Assembly (NCBI GenBank): GCA_010015585.1
Contig: ML975153.1
Length of the DNA: 64,000 bases
Source: Eremomyces bilateralis CBS 781.70
Lineage: Eukaryota
Direction: 5' to 3' (one strand)
The notes under the pieces were generated by a model, which saw only the letters and a list, made by a program, of their open reading frames with translations, did no database searches and was not told the DNA's origin. Position 1 is the first letter of the stretch; every line of letters begins with the position of its first letter. Positions 59,801 to 64,000 of the stretch are shown here, in pieces. The translations under genes and the position numbers were made by a program.

Positions 59801-60708
59801 TGTGACGGTGATTGGGCCCTCCTCGTACTGTGGGTGGATGATTTCCTGCGCATGTGACGCTCGACCAGTTCAGGCTCATTGCTCAGATTGACAACACGCT
59901 GAGACATTTGCCTCATGATGGTACCAGCACGGTGTAAGGGAGATGAGACCGAGGATGGGGATAGAGTTCTCGTGAAAGAGCTGGACCTCCGGATCTCGCC
60001 GCTGCCAGGAGTGCGAAGGCCAGCTTCTGTGGTGTTAAGGTCATCTCCGAGGCGCGCCGATCGCACCGGACTGCTTCCAGCGCCAAAACTGTTTGTGGAG
60101 CTCATTCTGTCGTGTTGTTGTCCTCCTGGATTCGAGGTGCCGGTGGGTTGTAGGTGGGTGGTTAATGGAGTTCTGTCCCCATATGTTGGTGAAAAATAAT
60201 CGTTCGGATCGTCCAGGTCGATATTTTCGGTGGCAGAGTCGGATTCCACTCGAGATAAAAAGGAAGGAACGCTGTTGGAGCGCATCGTGTGTTCACCTTG
60301 AGCGGAAGGAGCGGGTGGAGTGATGGTGTCGTCTTCATTCGAAAAACTTAAACCCGCAAATCCACCAATCGCAGATTGGAAGGCAACACCATCCTCCATC
60401 GGAGAGGCTTCGTCGGCATCGTGATGAGGCCGTCGGTTCGTATTATTCGAAGTTACAATTCTAGGAAGAGAGCGGCCCGGCGACCCGTCGTCAGTGACAG
60501 GTTGATATGACCCGCCTCCCCAATGAACACGAGGTGTCGCTCCATCTCTACTTCGTAATAAGTCTCGTCCCCTCTCGGTTATGCTCCGTTGACGTTGCCC
60601 GGTACTTTGCGATTGTTGCGTCGGGTTGTTGAAGTCCTGGAGCGGGATCGACTGAGGGGTCTGCGGAGTCGACGCATTTCGCCGATGGTTGCCATCATGA
60701 GAGTCCAT
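53868..60708 (-). CDS. CCH1: Voltage-gated-type calcium channel alpha subunit Cch1, ~2247 aa
   Basis: Four 6-TM domains with S4 segments and pore loops SSNTW/SSENW/SQEGW/IGEGW (N-E-E-E filter); RAFLRHSFNRLDF; EF-hand-like FDPNGTGFIS. Introns 58953-59001 and 54781-54828. Confidence 0.96.
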
Positions 60709-61859
60709 TAGAGCTTCCAGCACCCCCAGCACGCCTTCTCTTGTCTATGGTCTTCATCGAGCCCTTGCCATACTTTACCGACACGCGAAAACGAGGATGC
60801 GGAGCGCGGAGAAGGTGCTAACTAGACTCGCGGGGCGAGGTCGCGGGGAGGTACTCGGGGTGGCACGGGGAATTCGATGATGAAACTCTAATCGCGCGTG
60901 ATCCGTGGAGGTATCACGCAGATTCAAAGAGGTCGGATCGCAAGATTGTCAAAGAAAGGAGTGCAAACAGGAGGTACATATCAGATAATCAAAGGGTGGA
61001 TTGGAGTCTAGATTATTGTGGAAGAGGGAGAACGTTGAAACGTGCCCATCGCAAGGGTTCACGTTGCAGATTCCTTTGCAGGGGCCTCCGCGTCAGTTCT
61101 TCTGTTTGGCTGTCTTCTGCATGTGGCACAGCCCGACGCCGCAACGTCAGCACCTAGATCCTAAACTAAAATCTTCTGTCCCGTCCTATTACCTATTAGG
61201 CTATTATTAGCAGATCGTGAGTTGGGGTCTTGGGGATGATCCAAAAGCCAAGCATTCCTAAATCTTCGTGATGTCTTGTGAGGGATATTCAATGATCCGG
61301 ATATCTCATCCGATATCTCATCCCATACAATAGGGATACACACTATGTCTGCACATCAGGAGTTGTGTGGAGATTTGTCCATACGGAACCGGTTGTATCA
61401 TTTTGTGTCATTCCAATCTCCATCAAATCCTGGGCAACTGAGGATTCGACATGGGTTTTTGAACTCAGCCACCACGAGTCTGAACTGCGATCGCGCTCTC
61501 GTCGAATAGCTCGTATAGGTTTGCATGTTTCCATTGTGTTTCGAGAGTCCCTGACGATCATTTTCGTTCCTGATACGCATGACTGGCGCACGTTCTATCC
61601 GTATAGTTTTCAGCTTTAGGTTCGAACGGCGTCCATAAGGCACAATCGTGCAGTATGCCATGAACAATGAGATGCATGAGATCACCGATTGGCCTGGAAT
61701 CGGGAATATATATGCTGCCTAATGGCCAACCTATCTCCAAGACGACTAACTCCTAAAGACTAACCTTCAACTCTAGTAGTATTCCAGCGACGGTGCATAG
61801 CGCGCTCGAACCGGTTCGACTTGCTCTCGACAGGCATCCGACCTTCAGGGACATTAAAC

Positions 61860-62915
61860 ATGAAAAGAAACGCTGCAAAGGAGGAGGTAAAACGACCAGC
61901 AGAGCAGTCTAACCCAGCCACAACCCTCAATCTCTACTGTCGGCTTTTCCAAGGCCGAAAACAGTTATTCTCCCCAGCCGACCCTCCCGACGGCGTCGCT
62001 CCCGCATCATACTTCATCATCAACCCGATCCCCCATAAGCATGCGTGGCAATGGCGACCCGTCTTGCACCGCGGAGACAACCCCAAATATACCGCGGATA
62101 CATTGGCCATCGCAAGGATGACGCGATCTGCGATGTGGGGCTCGTTTTGCCTATGGATGGGCGACGGTGTTGATACGATCGTGAAGAATAAGAAGCGGAG
62201 AAGGGCGAAACGCAAGGCACGGCGGGCGGAGAAATGGCGAAAGTTCTGGCACATGAAGCCAAAGCCGCCGAAGGAGCCTTTACAGGACGAGATGGAGGTT
62301 GTGGGGAAGGTGTGCAAGATTCACGTGCGGAGAGCTGGGTTTTGGAGCCGGCGAGTGGAATGGGAGTTTGATGGTGTGCGATATCAGTGGTCTGGAACAC
62401 GCACATTGTCGAAGAATAAGCTGAAAGGGTGGACTCATGATGTTAAGGTATTAGATACTCATCCCGTCGCTGGAGTCATATCTGGTGGAAGGATGTTCGC
62501 TGATCACGATGTTGCACAGTTGATCCGAAAATCCGATCACGCTCTGATCGCTACCTTGAAGAAAGATCGATGGTCAACTTTCCGATCCTCCGAAAAGATC
62601 GGACAACCGCCAAATAAGAAACGAGCTTATGTCGGGCAACTATGCATATATCCGGCCGCCTATGAGCAGAGCACCATCCCCGACCAGACCAAGGAATCCA
62701 CCCTTGCGAAACATACAGCGAAAATCGACGGAGCCGTGTCCGGCAAAAAGAAGAATCACCATGACGATATCGAGATCCCCGACGGACCGCACGCTGGCAA
62801 TATGCTCGAAGAGCTGATCGTGCTGACGGCCTGGATTGTTATCGAGGCGGAACATCGCCTGAGATGGAAGATCGTAGATCTGATTGAAGAGATTGGGGAG
62901 AGCGCGGGCGGCTAA
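61860..62915 (+). CDS. Conserved-looking hypothetical protein, ~327 aa
   Basis: ATG at 61860; in-frame 72-nt intron 62448-62519 (GTATTA...GCTGAT...CAG); motifs WEFDGVRYQW, LIATL and EELIVLTAWIVIEAE resemble fungal tubby-C/DUF6593-like proteins (by eye). Confidence 0.7.
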   Translation: MKRNAAKEEVKRPAEQSNPATTLNLYCRLFQGRKQLFSPADPPDGVAPASYFIINPIPHKHAWQWRPVLHRGDNPKYTADTLAIARMTRSAMWGSFCLWMGDGVDTIVKNKKRRRAKRKARRAEKWRKFWHMKPKPPKEPLQDEMEVVGKVCKIHVRRAGFWSRRVEWEFDGVRYQWSGTRTLSKNKLKGWTHDVKVLDTHPVAGVISGGRMFADHDVAQLIRKSDHALIATLKKDRWSTFRSSEKIGQPPNKKRAYVGQLCIYPAAYEQSTIPDQTKESTLAKHTAKIDGAVSGKKKNHHDDIEIPDGPHAGNMLEELIVLTAWIVIEAEHRLRWKIVDLIEEIGESAGG

Positions 62916-63698
62916 TGGAACTCCTGTCTTCAGATAATATCCTTCGCAGCAGTGAAAGGGTCAGCGCATACTACTACCTATCAATCGTTTCCCTTGGGCC
63001 GCTTAATTCGTTCAAATGGATGAAACCCGAGCTCTTATAGTGCCACAATGTGCGACCATCATGATATTGCGCTTCATCTGTCGCGTTTCTCATCCATTGG
63101 TCGCAACTCATACCTTGCCTGTACTGGACCGACCTAAGGGCCATGCTAGGACGTCAAAGTGACGTTCGCTTTTCTTTAACATTTCTCGGTTCAGTACAAT
63201 CCCGTCTACCAAGTTTTGATCATAAGTATTTCGATTCGCTCGTCAAGTTCAAGTTTGCGACCTGTTTTCTCACGCCCAATGATTGGTTTTTGAGGGCTAG
63301 TTTCGTTCCATTCTACGGTTATTGTATATCTTTAATTCGTCCATAATGTGCCATTCCTGCAAGAGTATCTACTATGTATTGTTTCTATTTTATGTTCTTG
63401 GAGGGGTTCTGAAGGCATCGTTGGTACATTTACAGTACGGCCCCAAACTTGACAGTGGAGGCACGACATCATCCCACCCCACAAAAGCCCTGCCAGGGAA
63501 GAGGTGGAAATGTTCACCATCGTCTGATATATGATTCTACATCTTGCAGCGACCACGATAGCTCTTGTGCGAAGACGTCCATTGACTTCTGACCTGCCTC
63601 TCTTTGGCATTTCCTTCTCTCAGCGACCATCGAATGACAATGTCTTCAGCGCTCGGTTCTGCGGACACAGTCCTTGTGTATATGCGTTTTGATACATC

Positions 63699-64000
63699 AT
63701 GGAAGTTCCGAGGATCTCCGAGGATCTTCCACCCGGCGCATCGAAGCTTTCAGAGCAGCGATCGTTAGTGATCGCGACCACAGTTATAGCCGTAGTGTTC
63801 ATCGTGTTGCGGTTGTGGGCACACGCTCGACCGGCATGGATTATTTGGTGGGACGATGTGCTTGTTGCCGCCTCGCTGGTATGAATCCCCGGTCCAACGA
63901 TGTTGCTCTACGGATCAAACTAAACCAGCATGCACAGCCTGTCATGATCACATTGTGCGTTACAGGAGTACTCAGCTTCGAATATGGAAGCGGAACTCGC
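63699..64000 (+). CDS. PTH11-like (fungal rhodopsin-domain) integral membrane protein, 5' part only, truncated by the window end
   Basis: IAVVFIVLRLWA...WWDDVLVAASL, intron 63879-63937, then PVMITLCVTGVLSFEYGSG; LR..WDD..YG pattern typical of the family. Confidence 0.75.

Noticed and set aside
61806..61819. 14-bp palindrome TCGAACCGGTTCGA containing GGTTCGA
   Set aside because: No tRNA cloverleaf around it; an isolated palindrome with no assignable function.

Overview
This is eukaryotic genomic DNA from a filamentous ascomycete. It has short 44-83 nt GT-AG introns with CTRAC/CTAAC branch points and Pezizomycotina-type genes; Eurotiomycetes is my inference only. I spliced 16 intact gene models by hand, checking each for frame, plus one partial gene at the right edge. 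They include the PI31 proteasome regulator, a cutinase with an unusual N-terminal extension, ATG18, PPM2/TYW4, the PP2A catalytic subunit, a Cys-rich membrane protein, complex I subunit ESSS/NDUFB11, a 2214-aa repeat protein, SSD1/gul-1, an Rds1-like ferritin-fold protein, UBE2S-like and BIRC6-like E2 enzymes, an HsbA-like protein, CCH1 and a partial PTH11-like membrane protein. Three decayed loci stand out against these intact genes. The first is a frameshifted SNF2/RAD5-like helicase remnant. The second is a CCCH-zinc-finger + ClpB-like AAA gene with a GC-AG intron, a frameshift and a premature stop. The third and most interesting is a decayed JmjC (TYW5-like hydroxylase) domain directly after the stop codon of an otherwise intact PPM2, which suggests one domain of a tRNA-modification fusion protein was lost selectively. 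I recognised no tRNA, rRNA, CRISPR array or intact transposon. All family assignments come from reading motifs by eye, not from database searches.
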